From the IMG/VR virus record IMGVR_UViG_3300042301_003793: a stretch of 64,000 bases of DNA; one strand, 5' to 3'. Shown here in pieces: positions 25,717 to 35,416 of this stretch (positions are counted from its first letter, which is position 1; every line of letters starts with the position of its first letter). The position numbers and the translations under genes are program-made. The DNA comes from a virus. The notes under the pieces were generated by a model. It did not search any database and was not told the origin of the DNA. It saw only the letters and a list, made by a program, of their open reading frames with translations.

Positions 25717-28082
25717 AGTTTTGAAATATTATTTTGTTTTGAAATCTTTACAATAGTGTCACTACATTGATTTATCATTGGGTTGTGTGATATAAGGAAG
25801 ATTTTATCAAAATAATCTTTAATTTTCACAAAAAATTCAAAAATCATTTCTAAATTGTCATTACTTATTTTACCAAATACTTCATCAAAAACTACCACAT
25901 TCGGTTTTGGTAGCGAACATACCTTACTTAAAACAGATCTTAATGCAAGTGATGCTATTGTTTTTTCGTAACCAGATCCGGAAGTCATTAATTTCTCAAT
26001 ACCGCTATTGTTGTCTACCTGGATAAACTCAACCTCGGATTTATCATTAATTCTAATTTCTAATTTAAAATAACAAGAATCTTCCATCAATCTTTGTAGT
26101 TCAGAATTAATAAGTGGCATCATAGTCTTCATAATGATTTTACTAACACCATTTTTACCATAACTTTCAAGATACATCTTATAGATCTTATCCTTACTTT
26201 CTTCTTCTTTAATTTTTACAATCAAGTTCTTGTTATTGGTAATCTTTTCCTGGTTTGATTTAATACTATATTCATTTGAACTAATCTGGTTATTCTTTTC
26301 TTTTAAAAGTCTGTCATAACTTTCAAGTTTTAAATCTGCTTTGATTAACATTGAGTCAATCTGGTCGTTGGTCTTAATTTTATCCTGAACATCACCCCAC
26401 CTTTTTAATTTATCTTCCAGACCAGAAATTTTCAAATCACAACTTTCAACACTCAAATCGTATTTTTCTTTAATAAGTTTGTTTTTCTCATACTCATCAA
26501 ATTGTCTTTTTGTTTCAACAAACTCTTTTTCTTTGTTGGATAAACCCGTCATTAACTTTTCAATAACCTTTTTTTGTTGTGTAAATCCATCAAGTTCAGA
26601 TATTTTTTGTTGTGTAATTGCAGCATTCATAAGTTCAATACCACAGTGTTCACATTTAATACCACCATCAACTTCTGACTTTAATTTTTCTATTTCAGAA
26701 ATTTTAGTTTCAAGTTCAATTTTTGATTGGAATTTATTTTTGTAATCTTCTTTTACTTTATCGTGTTTGTCTTCTTCATAGAATTGTTTTGGTTCAACAA
26801 CCTTTAATGTTGAAAGTAGGTCAACATAAGATTGTTTTTCTTTATTTAAAGTTTCGATTTGTTCTTTTGTCTTTTCTGGATTAAGTAAAGCAATCTCTTT
26901 ATCAATGTCAGAATGTTTTTTCTTTAACATTGAGTCTCTATAATCTTTTCCTTTTGCAATACCGTCTTCAATTTCTTTTACTTCACCTTTAAAGGTTTCA
27001 ATTTGTCCCTCTAATTCGGTAATTTTATTTTCAAAAGATTCAATATCTTGTTTTAACTCTTCAGAATTATAGATATTTGATAATTTTGATTTACTAAATG
27101 ATGAATAAATTTCTTTTGCAACTTCTTCTTTTTTCTTTAAAAACTCAAGACCCATAAACCTTGAAAGGACCTGTCCTCTGGCTGTTGGTTTTGATTCCAA
27201 CAATTCTTCTAGGTTTGTTGCCGTTGTAAGAATCGTCATTAAGAAATCCTCTTTGGTCCCAATAGAGTTTTTAATGAATGCTTCAGTCTCCCTTCTTTGT
27301 TCACCAGTAAAATTTTGTAGTGAACCATCGTGTAGTTTCTTAAAAAAGTCTAGTTCCGTTTTAACATTCCATTCACCTTTCTTTGATTTTTTCCTCTCAA
27401 TGTTTCTTACAATAATGTAATCTTCACCATCTATTGTAATTTCACCTTTTACAACTACCGAGTCTTTATCGGTAAATCGGTTAAACACTTCTTCAGCTTT
27501 TGATGTTTTTGTTGTTTCATTAAAAAATAAAAACATAAGTAAATCCACCGTAAGTACTGTCTTTCCTCCAAAGTTTGGTGGATCTGACTCAACAACAACA
27601 ATACCATTTAACTTATCAAAGTTTAATCTTTGGTTTTCACCATATGATAAAAAGTTGGAGAACTCGATGTTTCTAATATACCACTTTTTGAATTGCGTTG
27701 TTTCAGAATCGTCTTCTTTCATTTTATTCTCAACTGTTTTATTCAGTTCAAGAATACTTGTAAGATGTTCTCCATAACCTTTGGATTCCAAGAATTTTTT
27801 AAGTAAGTCAAGTTGATAGTTAACGTCTGTAATATTCATCGATACATCAACTGTTTGCATAGTTTCAGTATCAACATTTTTTACTTTTGTAACAACATTA
27901 ACGTTTGTAGTGTTATACTTCTTTTGAAAGTAATGTTTAACACTCTTCATCTTGTCTTGTGTAAAATTTTCTTGTAGGTCTTCCCACACCACCTGGATAG
28001 ATGGGTTTTCAAACTTTGAGAAATCCAAGTCTTTTATCATAATATTGTAATTGTATAATTTTGGTGGATTAAATAAATCCAT
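25704..28082 (-). CDS. sbcC: SbcC/Rad50 (T4 gp46-like) SMC ATPase with an N-terminal extension
   Basis: IEFSNFLSYG, Walker A variant PPNFGGKT, coiled coils around the CEHC zinc hook, SGSGYE signature variant, VVFDE Walker B, ISH H-loop. Confidence 0.9.
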   Translation of the reverse strand: MDLFNPPKLYNYNIMIKDLDFSKFENPSIQVVWEDLQENFTQDKMKSVKHYFQKKYNTTNVNVVTKVKNVDTETMQTVDVSMNITDVNYQLDLLKKFLESKGYGEHLTSILELNKTVENKMKEDDSETTQFKKWYIRNIEFSNFLSYGENQRLNFDKLNGIVVVESDPPNFGGKTVLTVDLLMFLFFNETTKTSKAEEVFNRFTDKDSVVVKGEITIDGEDYIIVRNIERKKSKKGEWNVKTELDFFKKLHDGSLQNFTGEQRRETEAFIKNSIGTKEDFLMTILTTATNLEELLESKPTARGQVLSRFMGLEFLKKKEEVAKEIYSSFSKSKLSNIYNSEELKQDIESFENKITELEGQIETFKGEVKEIEDGIAKGKDYRDSMLKKKHSDIDKEIALLNPEKTKEQIETLNKEKQSYVDLLSTLKVVEPKQFYEEDKHDKVKEDYKNKFQSKIELETKISEIEKLKSEVDGGIKCEHCGIELMNAAITQQKISELDGFTQQKKVIEKLMTGLSNKEKEFVETKRQFDEYEKNKLIKEKYDLSVESCDLKISGLEDKLKRWGDVQDKIKTNDQIDSMLIKADLKLESYDRLLKEKNNQISSNEYSIKSNQEKITNNKNLIVKIKEEESKDKIYKMYLESYGKNGVSKIIMKTMMPLINSELQRLMEDSCYFKLEIRINDKSEVEFIQVDNNSGIEKLMTSGSGYEKTIASLALRSVLSKVCSLPKPNVVVFDEVFGKISNDNLEMIFEFFVKIKDYFDKIFLISHNPMINQCSDTIVKISKQNNISKLLVN

Positions 28083-28085
28083 TTT

Positions 28086-28409
28086 TTATTTTTCTAATTC
28101 TGAAATTTGGTCTTCAACTTGCGGTTCTTCTCTGTCTTCAATAGAGAACCCAGTACTATCAAATTCTGGTTCAAACATTTGTCCATTTTCCTCTTTGAAC
28201 TCAACGATAGAATTTAATTCTACGTCGTTAACAACGCTAAATGGAACTTCTTGTTCTCCAACTGAAACATTAAGACTTTCAGCTTCTTGTTGTTCGGCCA
28301 TTTGTTTCATTAATTTGTTAAGTGCGTTTTGCATTGCATATTTTTCTTGTGCAATTCTTTTGTTTCTTTGTGCGACCTTTGCTCGGTGCTCTTTAGCTTT
28401 CTTTCCCAT
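28086..28409 (-). CDS. Hypothetical protein
   Basis: 107 aa with a basic N-terminus and acidic C-terminus. Confidence 0.7.
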   Translation of the reverse strand: MGKKAKEHRAKVAQRNKRIAQEKYAMQNALNKLMKQMAEQQEAESLNVSVGEQEVPFSVVNDVELNSIVEFKEENGQMFEPEFDSTGFSIEDREEPQVEDQISELEK

Positions 28410-28435
28410 TTTTATTTATATTAATCGTTTAAAAT

Positions 28436-28831
28436 TTACTCTTCATCATCCTGTGGAATAATATATGTTGTTTCAACTTTTTGATTTGATAATCTATTTT
28501 CTTCAAACCATTCAACTATTGCATTAATTGCCCATACTGAACCGGCGGATAACATACCATCAAAGAATACTGAAAAATATTCGTTAAGTCCAATTAAATT
28601 GTGAATCGGTGAAAACATTGTTAATGATAAAAAGAACCCAACCCAGGTTGAGGTACATAACATACACTTTATTAGTTCCGAAATGAATTTAAACACCGGT
28701 CTTATTAAAATAGAGCTATCGTCACTTCCCGCAATATGGATTGCATTTCTTAATCCATTAAATATGGATCCATAAACTAATATGGTAGTCATACCATATG
28801 CCACTAACATAAAAATTACTAATTGTATCAT
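28436..28831 (-). CDS. DUF1360-like membrane protein
   Basis: TM helices with ELIKCMLCTSTWVG (CxxC-x-S-x-W). Confidence 0.65.
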   Translation of the reverse strand: MIQLVIFMLVAYGMTTILVYGSIFNGLRNAIHIAGSDDSSILIRPVFKFISELIKCMLCTSTWVGFFLSLTMFSPIHNLIGLNEYFSVFFDGMLSAGSVWAINAIVEWFEENRLSNQKVETTYIIPQDDEE

Positions 28832-29508
28832 ATTCTATCATTTAAATTTGACCCCCTCATAAAAATTGCTTTTAATGGATTTTTTGTATTTTGGAGGTCC
28901 TGGTTTATTTTTTCTAAATTTTTTATTTTTTCATTTTTATCTGAAATTTCTTTTCTTAACTTCTGGAGTGTTTCCTGAAGCATTTTTTGGTTTGTGTCGT
29001 CTAACTTTTCGTCTAAATTACGTCTAAGTTCATCTAATTCTTCATCCTTTTTAGACATTTCTTTTTGGAAAGAATTTTCCATTTCTTCGGTCTTAGTGGA
29101 AAAAATTTTCCGTTCTGACTCCAAATCACTGTTTAACTGGAAAATTTTTTCTTCAAGTTCTTCATTATTGGTTATTGTTACAATTTTTTCAACTTCTTTT
29201 ATTACTTCTTTTTCAACGATAACTTCCTTAATTACTTCTACCTCCTTGATAACCTCAACCGGTACTTCCACCCGTATTTCACGGATTACCTCAATTTCTA
29301 CCTGTTTTTCACCAACAATACCCGTTTTTAAGTCTTTTTCATCTACATTAAGTGTTTTTTCCAATAATCCGTACTTCTCTATATTATACCCAGATTCAAA
29401 ACATTTTTTAATGAAACCATCAACATCTTCAATTTTGTTTACATTACAATAAGATGTTATAGAATCTAAAAGTTTATTATTAAAAATTTTTGAGTACTTC
29501 GGTTCCAT
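28828..29508 (-). CDS. Coiled-coil protein with EVIKEV repeats
   Basis: Likely start MEPKYSK (29508); EVPVEVIKEVEVIKEVIVEKEVIKEV. Confidence 0.65.
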   Translation of the reverse strand: MEPKYSKIFNNKLLDSITSYCNVNKIEDVDGFIKKCFESGYNIEKYGLLEKTLNVDEKDLKTGIVGEKQVEIEVIREIRVEVPVEVIKEVEVIKEVIVEKEVIKEVEKIVTITNNEELEEKIFQLNSDLESERKIFSTKTEEMENSFQKEMSKKDEELDELRRNLDEKLDDTNQKMLQETLQKLRKEISDKNEKIKNLEKINQDLQNTKNPLKAIFMRGSNLNDRI

Positions 29509-30259
29509 TTTCAATATCTTCAAAAGATTTTATTGAGAACTTCAAAAACGGTTTTGGGTTTTCAAGATCTGTATAGGTATATTCTTTAGTTCCGAAATCA
29601 TAAGTTCCGAAACCGTGGTTTCTGATGCTCTCCCCAATGTTCTGTTGAATTGGTGATCCGATCATATATCCCTTACCTGTTTTAAATTTGAACTCTTGTC
29701 TTTTGTGAATATCCCCACATAATACAATATCAAGTCCGTTGAATTTTTCTACGTCATAGGCTTCTTCGCCAAAGTCAAATCCTAAATCTGTTTTCATTCC
29801 TTGGATTGGCCCGTGAAATAAACCAACTTTAATTCCTGTTGCTGCATTTAAATCCGGTGGAATGTTTCCCTGATATTGTGAATAAACACACCAGCTAACA
29901 TTATCATCCTCATAAACACAACGGTCTTTATAATAAACAATGTTTTTGTTATTTAATGAATCGATAATCGGAGATAAAGCGTCTAACCTATCTGTATTAT
30001 TCACAAGAAAGTCGTGATTACCAGGAATGATTATTGTTTTAGCAATATAAGAACATTCTTTTAAAATCCAACTTACCATTTCAATAAGTTCTGGTGTAAT
30101 TTGATTTTTTGAATGGACAAGATCTCCGGTGAATACGATTCTATCTGGTTTAATTTCTTTCCATTGGTTGATTGCATCTTCCATTATTGACCTATAAAGG
30201 TCGTGGTCTTTAAATAATCGGATATGTAAATCCGAAAAGTGTACTAGTTTTTTTATCAT
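29480..30259 (-). CDS. sbcD: SbcD/Mre11 (T4 gp47-like) metallophosphoesterase nuclease
   Basis: HFSDLHI, GDLVH, GNHD, FHG, GDIHK motifs. Confidence 0.9.
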   Translation of the reverse strand: MIKKLVHFSDLHIRLFKDHDLYRSIMEDAINQWKEIKPDRIVFTGDLVHSKNQITPELIEMVSWILKECSYIAKTIIIPGNHDFLVNNTDRLDALSPIIDSLNNKNIVYYKDRCVYEDDNVSWCVYSQYQGNIPPDLNAATGIKVGLFHGPIQGMKTDLGFDFGEEAYDVEKFNGLDIVLCGDIHKRQEFKFKTGKGYMIGSPIQQNIGESIRNHGFGTYDFGTKEYTYTDLENPKPFLKFSIKSFEDIENGTEVLKNF

Positions 30260-30492
30260 TACATTACAATTTTTGGTGGTGCACCTAAATCATCATATCC
30301 ATCATTTTTAAATGGATTTGATGGTACTGGTACTGGTTCAAATCTATGTGGAACTATTGTTGATGGATTTGGAAAGAAGGGGTCAATATCTTTTACTTCA
30401 CCCATTTTTTCAATAATAGGTGATATATTATCTTCCGATTTACCGTGTAAATAACCTTCTAACCAAAAATAAAATTCTTTATAATTTAACAT
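30259..30492 (-). CDS. Hypothetical protein
   Basis: 77-aa ORF coupled to sbcD; FYFWLEGYL N-terminus. Confidence 0.65.
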   Translation of the reverse strand: MLNYKEFYFWLEGYLHGKSEDNISPIIEKMGEVKDIDPFFPNPSTIVPHRFEPVPVPSNPFKNDGYDDLGAPPKIVM

Positions 30493-30494
30493 AC

Positions 30495-30695
30495 TTAATC
30501 CTCCTCAATACTAAAATCATATTCATCTTCGTCTTGGATTTTGTCCCACTCCAACTCTTGGTCTCCTCTAAAATCCACTTCTTCATAAAACTTTTCTTCA
30601 TCTTCTTCAAAAAGTTTTGCTTCTTCATCTGTCAATTCTGTTGAGTATTTACAAATTGTTGTATACGACTCAAACCATACTAATTTTTTACCCAT
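30495..30695 (-). CDS. Small acidic hypothetical protein
   Basis: 66-aa E/D-rich ORF. Confidence 0.6.
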   Translation of the reverse strand: MGKKLVWFESYTTICKYSTELTDEEAKLFEEDEEKFYEEVDFRGDQELEWDKIQDEDEYDFSIEED

Positions 30696-30722
30696 TTTAT
30701 TATATTTTTTGTTTATACTAAT

Positions 30723-31340
30723 TTAAATTCCACAGAACAATCTTTTTATTTCAAATAAGAGTAAACATTTATCATTATATTGTCCATCACCTTCAAAACA
30801 ATCTTCATTTATTAAGTAGATAGGTTTTAAACTGAACGGTTGTAACATTAAATTAATAGGTCTCCAACCTCCATTTTCAATATCTACATTGTAATGCCAT
30901 CTGGTAAATGATGTTGTAAGTAGATATTTGCTACCACTTCTTATTATGTTTTGTAATGCTTTATTTACATTTTGATAATTAAAATGCCCTAATAAATCTC
31001 TAACAAAAATTAAATCAACTTTTGGTAATTCACTTTCGGTTAAATCTAAGACTCTAAAATCCATATTAGGAAAAGTGATATTATTTGACTCAATCATTTT
31101 ATCAACAATATCAGCCCCAATGTAATTAACATTATTCATATCAACGTGTTGCATCCAGTTAAAATCACCACATGGGATATCTAAAACACTTTCTATTTTA
31201 AATTTCTTGAACAGTTCTGGTAATTCTTTCCTTATAACTTCGGTACTTTTTAATTCTGAACCAAGGCCGGATCTGCTTTCTTCACTAGTCCATAAATTAC
31301 TTTCGTATATGTTTGTGAAAACTTCTTTTAATTCTACCAT
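30723..31340 (-). CDS. Class I SAM-dependent methyltransferase
   Basis: LWTSEESRSGLGS, SVLDIPCGDFNW, YIGADIV, DLIFVRD. Confidence 0.85.
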   Translation of the reverse strand: MVELKEVFTNIYESNLWTSEESRSGLGSELKSTEVIRKELPELFKKFKIESVLDIPCGDFNWMQHVDMNNVNYIGADIVDKMIESNNITFPNMDFRVLDLTESELPKVDLIFVRDLLGHFNYQNVNKALQNIIRSGSKYLLTTSFTRWHYNVDIENGGWRPINLMLQPFSLKPIYLINEDCFEGDGQYNDKCLLLFEIKRLFCGI

Positions 31341-31346
31341 TTTTAT

Positions 31347-31493
31347 TTATATTAATTCACGATTATAAAGATTTACTAAAATAATTCTTGCGAATCTAAA
31401 ATCTTTTGCTTTATTTAATTTTAATCCATAAGCAAGTGCCACAGTTTTAAGATGTGGATAAGCCTCACTTATAGTCATTTTTCCTATTTCCAT
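31347..31493 (-). CDS. Small hypothetical protein, 48 aa (not in ORF track)
   Basis: MEIGKMTISEAYPHLKTVALAYGLKLNKAKDFRFARIILVNLYNRELI*. Fills the gap between neighbouring genes exactly. Confidence 0.65.
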   Translation of the reverse strand: MEIGKMTISEAYPHLKTVALAYGLKLNKAKDFRFARIILVNLYNRELI

Positions 31494-31494
31494 T

Positions 31495-31710
31495 TTAATC
31501 AATAAAAAGTTCAAAGTCCTTATTTACGTGTCCGCAATCATCACACTTGTATGTTGGGAATGGTACTAATGTATCTTCAGGACTGCCGGTCAAAAGTTTT
31601 GGTACTTTTTTAATCATTGTGACTTCTTTAAAGAATTTTGATTCACACTTTTCACATTTAACAGTTTCCTGTTGTTTTAAGTCAATTCTTGGTTTAATAA
31701 TGTCTTCCAT
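31495..31710 (-). CDS. Small zinc-ribbon protein
   Basis: CEKC...CDDCGH. Confidence 0.75.
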   Translation of the reverse strand: MEDIIKPRIDLKQQETVKCEKCESKFFKEVTMIKKVPKLLTGSPEDTLVPFPTYKCDDCGHVNKDFELFID

Positions 31711-31716
31711 TTTATA

Positions 31717-32580
31717 TTATTTTTTAAGTTTATTCAACATTGGTTTTATATCCATATCAAGTATAGTATTTATTGTGGATTTATCAACTCTGTATTCCAC
31801 ATATTCACGGTCATCTGTTAGTCTTACAATAATACAACCCAACAATTTTATGTTTTCGTATTTGGACCCCTCAAGCATTTTAAGAATTAGTTTACCATAT
31901 AAAGGTAATTGTGTCTTGTAATGACCTAAAGCGTTGTTTGGTAGGTATTCAAATGGTGGTTTCATTGGTTTAATATACTTTTGTATTATAAAGTTTTTCT
32001 CTTTGTTGCTTTTCCAGTCTGTTATTAATAATCCAATTTCACCACTTGTTCCGATAACTAACCACACCTTATCTGGTTGTCCGGTATATCCAAGTTCTGG
32101 ATGTCCCAAAACAATTTCAGTATCAATTAAAACACAACCTCTTTTTTTTAATAATTCAACGTAGTTTTTACCAGCAACAATCATTGCATCACTCGTTGTT
32201 ATTTGTTCGGCATCACACTCAAAGATTGGTTGTCTAACCTGTTTTATTACGTTAAATTCTTTTAGTGTATGTTCCTCCAAAAAGTAATGAACTCTGGACC
32301 CCATATTTGTTGATCTTGTCCCTTTTTCGGCCCATTCGGCAAGTAACTTTTCTGTTTCATCTGGGTCTCCTCCAGACATTTCAAATGCTTTTTTTTCTGA
32401 TGGAAATTCATCATAAAAAAGTTTCATTACCTTTGATACAGAAGGAAATTTGGAATGTAAATTACCGTCCAAATCAAGCATTGTGTATTTGTGTGTATCT
32501 TCTTCAAAAGTTAATTGGAACTCTTTTTGTCTTTTAGATAAGATATCTCTTATTTCTTGTGCTACTTTATATAAATCCAT
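31717..32580 (-). CDS. PD-(D/E)XK exonuclease (RecB/Cas4-like fold, no Fe-S cysteines)
   Basis: HKY, PSVSKV, GSRVH, TEIVL, GQPDKV, ITDWKS, YKTQLPLY. Confidence 0.85.
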   Translation of the reverse strand: MDLYKVAQEIRDILSKRQKEFQLTFEEDTHKYTMLDLDGNLHSKFPSVSKVMKLFYDEFPSEKKAFEMSGGDPDETEKLLAEWAEKGTRSTNMGSRVHYFLEEHTLKEFNVIKQVRQPIFECDAEQITTSDAMIVAGKNYVELLKKRGCVLIDTEIVLGHPELGYTGQPDKVWLVIGTSGEIGLLITDWKSNKEKNFIIQKYIKPMKPPFEYLPNNALGHYKTQLPLYGKLILKMLEGSKYENIKLLGCIIVRLTDDREYVEYRVDKSTINTILDMDIKPMLNKLKK

Positions 32581-33482
32581 TAGTCTCTTATTTCAATATA
32601 ATATTCATTTATTTGTCCCTTTAAATCGCAGACATCTCTATCGTCTGGTAATCTTACAATTTTAACCCTACCCCACAATTCACCACCATTTAATTCGTGA
32701 TATAATCTTACAGCATTATTCCAAGCATCACCATCCAAACAAATTATAACATCACCTTTTGCGTTATTGTAGATTGTTTCAAAAAGAAGTTCTGACATGT
32801 GTTTTCCAAGCATCACAACTGGATTATCTAAAAACATTCCATCAAACGCACCCTCAACAAGGTAGATGTCTTTATTCCAATCAATTAGATTTTCCCAAAA
32901 TATAATCTGTTCTTTTTCTGCTTCCGGATTTCTGTATTTTGCTCTACTGTTTGGGTCCCAACTTCTACCGACATAATAGTTTAAATCACCTTTTGTGTTG
33001 TATGATGGTATAATAATTCTACCCATATGACTTCCTTTATCACAAAAACCAATTCCAAACCTTTCGATTATTTCATCGGTTATTCCACGATTTTTAAGAT
33101 AGTTATAAGCTTGTTTTCTTACTGGATATATTGGGTGTGAGTCTTTGAATAATGTAAAACTATCAGGAAGTACAACTTTTGGTTTTTTTACTTTTACAAC
33201 TTTTTCAGTTTCATCTGGTCTTAAAATATTATAAAGTTTTTTTAACTTTCTATTACCAAACTTATCAAAAAGTTTTCCTAAATTACCGTGGGTTCCTTCA
33301 CTATCACCACAAGCCCAACATTTATAAACACCATCAAAGTAATTTACTTCAAGATTATGTTTATTTCTATCATCATCACATACAGGACAATTAAAAGAAA
33401 TTTGACCACGATTAGGATAGTGTAATCCGTGGTCACCCAAAACCTCTTCTAATAATTCTACGATTGCTTCTTGTTCATCCAT
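32580..33482 (-). CDS. dnaG: DNA primase (zinc finger plus Toprim)
   Basis: CPVC...CWAC, RIIIP, KYRNP, VEGAFD, LDGDA. Confidence 0.9.
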   Translation of the reverse strand: MDEQEAIVELLEEVLGDHGLHYPNRGQISFNCPVCDDDRNKHNLEVNYFDGVYKCWACGDSEGTHGNLGKLFDKFGNRKLKKLYNILRPDETEKVVKVKKPKVVLPDSFTLFKDSHPIYPVRKQAYNYLKNRGITDEIIERFGIGFCDKGSHMGRIIIPSYNTKGDLNYYVGRSWDPNSRAKYRNPEAEKEQIIFWENLIDWNKDIYLVEGAFDGMFLDNPVVMLGKHMSELLFETIYNNAKGDVIICLDGDAWNNAVRLYHELNGGELWGRVKIVRLPDDRDVCDLKGQINEYYIEIRD

Positions 33483-33489
33483 TCACTAT

Positions 33490-33518
33490 AATATAAATGA
33501 ATTTTTTAACTTAATCAA
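33490..33518 (-). promoter_or_regulatory. Canonical-spaced sigma70-like promoter (possible phage-sigma class)
   Basis: TTGATT-N17-TATATT ending 7 nt before the primase ATG. Confidence 0.4.
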
Positions 33519-34035
33519 ATATTAATTTTTTTCCGTTTCTTTTTGACTCATATAAATCGGAAACGTTGATATAGTGTTTTAGAAATCTTTTTTCGTCAAT
33601 TGAATTTGCGTCGATTTTAATATTTTCATTTTTGTGTTCACACTTTGAAACCTGGATTGTGGACCAAATCCATAAATTTTCATATAACCAGGTATTAACC
33701 ATATAATCATAATCCCAATTATTTTTTTCACATTCTTTATGGATATGTCTTCCGATTTCGACAGTACCAATTACGTGGTCACCAAGTTTTTCTCTTTTTT
33801 CAATAGATTTTTCGGTTCTAATTGCAAGACTAAGACCACCTTGTGTTCCAATACCCATATAACCTAAACCACGGTATGAGTCAAGTTTCAAATCACCTTC
33901 TGGTGTATTTAAATTTATTGCATTTTTTAAATCTATTAGTTTTCTGTAGAAATACCTTTGGTATTTTTCTTTATTTTCATTCCAATAGTGGTCTCTTCTG
34001 AACTCATTGAAATATTTTTTTACGTCTATACCCAT
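33511..34035 (-). CDS. Hypothetical protein (early)
   Basis: 174-aa ORF downstream of a TAnnTTTG promoter. Confidence 0.7.
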   Translation of the reverse strand: MGIDVKKYFNEFRRDHYWNENKEKYQRYFYRKLIDLKNAINLNTPEGDLKLDSYRGLGYMGIGTQGGLSLAIRTEKSIEKREKLGDHVIGTVEIGRHIHKECEKNNWDYDYMVNTWLYENLWIWSTIQVSKCEHKNENIKIDANSIDEKRFLKHYINVSDLYESKRNGKKLIFD

Positions 34036-34055
34036 ACTGAAATTATATTATTCTA

Positions 34056-34086
34056 CAAAGATAAGTAAAATATTTTAATTAGACAA
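34056..34086 (-). promoter_or_regulatory. Bacteroidota primary-sigma-type promoter (early)
   Basis: TTG-20 nt-TATCTTTG on the minus strand. Confidence 0.65.
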
Positions 34087-34124
34087 CTTCACAAGATTTT
34101 TTGATTATCTATATTTATATCTAT

Positions 34125-34346
34125 ATGCCTATAGACATAACAATTAACGATATTTCTGGTCAAACACCATTTGATGTTTACGTATGTAACACCGGACAGA
34201 CATATTGTGTGTATTCGGCAACAATAACATCTGGTGACTTACCTTACACTTTTGAAGTTCCAATTCCTTTTTTGAACTCTGAAGGTGTTAATTTAAGAAT
34301 TATTGATGATAATGACTGCCAAATAAATGAAATACTAATAATATAA
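34125..34346 (+). CDS. Small Cys-containing beta-rich protein; paralog of 45268-45564
   Basis: Start moved to MPIDITIN (34125), with TATTTATA at 34112-34119. Pattern ITINxIxG..PF..Y.C....C.Y...IID...C is shared with 45268-45564. Confidence 0.7.
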   Translation: MPIDITINDISGQTPFDVYVCNTGQTYCVYSATITSGDLPYTFEVPIPFLNSEGVNLRIIDDNDCQINEILII

Positions 34347-35416
34347 TGGCTTGTACTGAAATAAATTTTTGTGTAGATTCTGGTGGTAACCTTTATGATG
34401 GTCAATATACCACAGATAGTGGTTTGTATAATGGTTTTACTTCTTACACTGGTGATAGTGTACCATTTTTTATATACTATTCATTAACTCAAGACAGATG
34501 GTGTTTATCCACAAGTTTGGGTGGTTCTTGTTCACAATTTGGTCCAGTTGGTATTGGTAGTGATTGTCCAGATTTTGATGAAAGTTTTTTTATAACTGGT
34601 GTTTGTATTACAACCACAACAACAACCTCGCCTTGTGATGTTTTTAATTTTGAAGCGATTTTTGATTGTTTGGTCCCAACAACAACTACAACGACTACTT
34701 TAGCACCAACAACTACTACAACAACTACGGTTCCTTTTAATCCTTGTACTGGTGTATCGGTAAATGCTTCAATAACAGCTTACACAACAACTACAACAAC
34801 AATTCCAGTTACAACTACAACAACAACAGAAGTTATAAGACCTTGTAATTTTGATGGTGTTGTAACATTTAATACATTTGATGAATATATGAGATGTGGT
34901 AATAGTAAGAAATTTAGGGATTGTTTAACGGGTATTGAATATTTTTCAAATGATTTATTATTCAATGAATCAGGTGATACATTAATTCAAAATTGGGTTT
35001 ATAAATCAACAATTAATGGTGTTTCTACTTGTGTTACGTTTATGGGTCTGGTAGATAACATTAGTGGTTCTGACGTTATAATAATAAATGAAACTTTAGG
35101 TTCCGAATTACAAGGTGCTTGTTTAGAGTGTGTTCCGGACCAAACAACTACGACCACAACTACCGCGGCACCAACTACGACCACAACTACGACTGTTGGT
35201 TGCCAAATAATCCAATATCGTGTACAAAATAATGGAATTACTGTTCAAGAATTTAAATATTTTGATTGTGATGGAAATACTATAAATTGTATTGTTTCGG
35301 GGTATGGAACGAGGGATATATGTTCAAGTACTCCACCAACTGTTTTACCTAATTCTAATGTATTGGTATATCCAGTTACACCACAAACTTTTTGTAATTC
35401 CGCAACAATTTGTTAA
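34346..35416 (+). CDS. Cys-rich protein with mucin-like poly-Thr tracts (putative virion protein)
   Basis: Seven runs of 6-7 Thr separating Cys-rich modules. Confidence 0.7.
   Translation: MACTEINFCVDSGGNLYDGQYTTDSGLYNGFTSYTGDSVPFFIYYSLTQDRWCLSTSLGGSCSQFGPVGIGSDCPDFDESFFITGVCITTTTTTSPCDVFNFEAIFDCLVPTTTTTTTLAPTTTTTTTVPFNPCTGVSVNASITAYTTTTTTIPVTTTTTTEVIRPCNFDGVVTFNTFDEYMRCGNSKKFRDCLTGIEYFSNDLLFNESGDTLIQNWVYKSTINGVSTCVTFMGLVDNISGSDVIIINETLGSELQGACLECVPDQTTTTTTTAAPTTTTTTTVGCQIIQYRVQNNGITVQEFKYFDCDGNTINCIVSGYGTRDICSSTPPTVLPNSNVLVYPVTPQTFCNSATIC

Noticed and set aside
28410-28430. TATAAATA on the coding strand before 28409 (and similarly before 31340) as T4-type late promoters
   Set aside because: Only two cases, both mid-operon among replication genes; they are better explained as A-rich Bacteroidota translation leaders.
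31717-32580. Cas4 / CRISPR adaptation gene
   Set aside because: No four-Cys Fe-S cluster, no array and no other cas genes; it sits next to the primase like an ordinary phage exonuclease.
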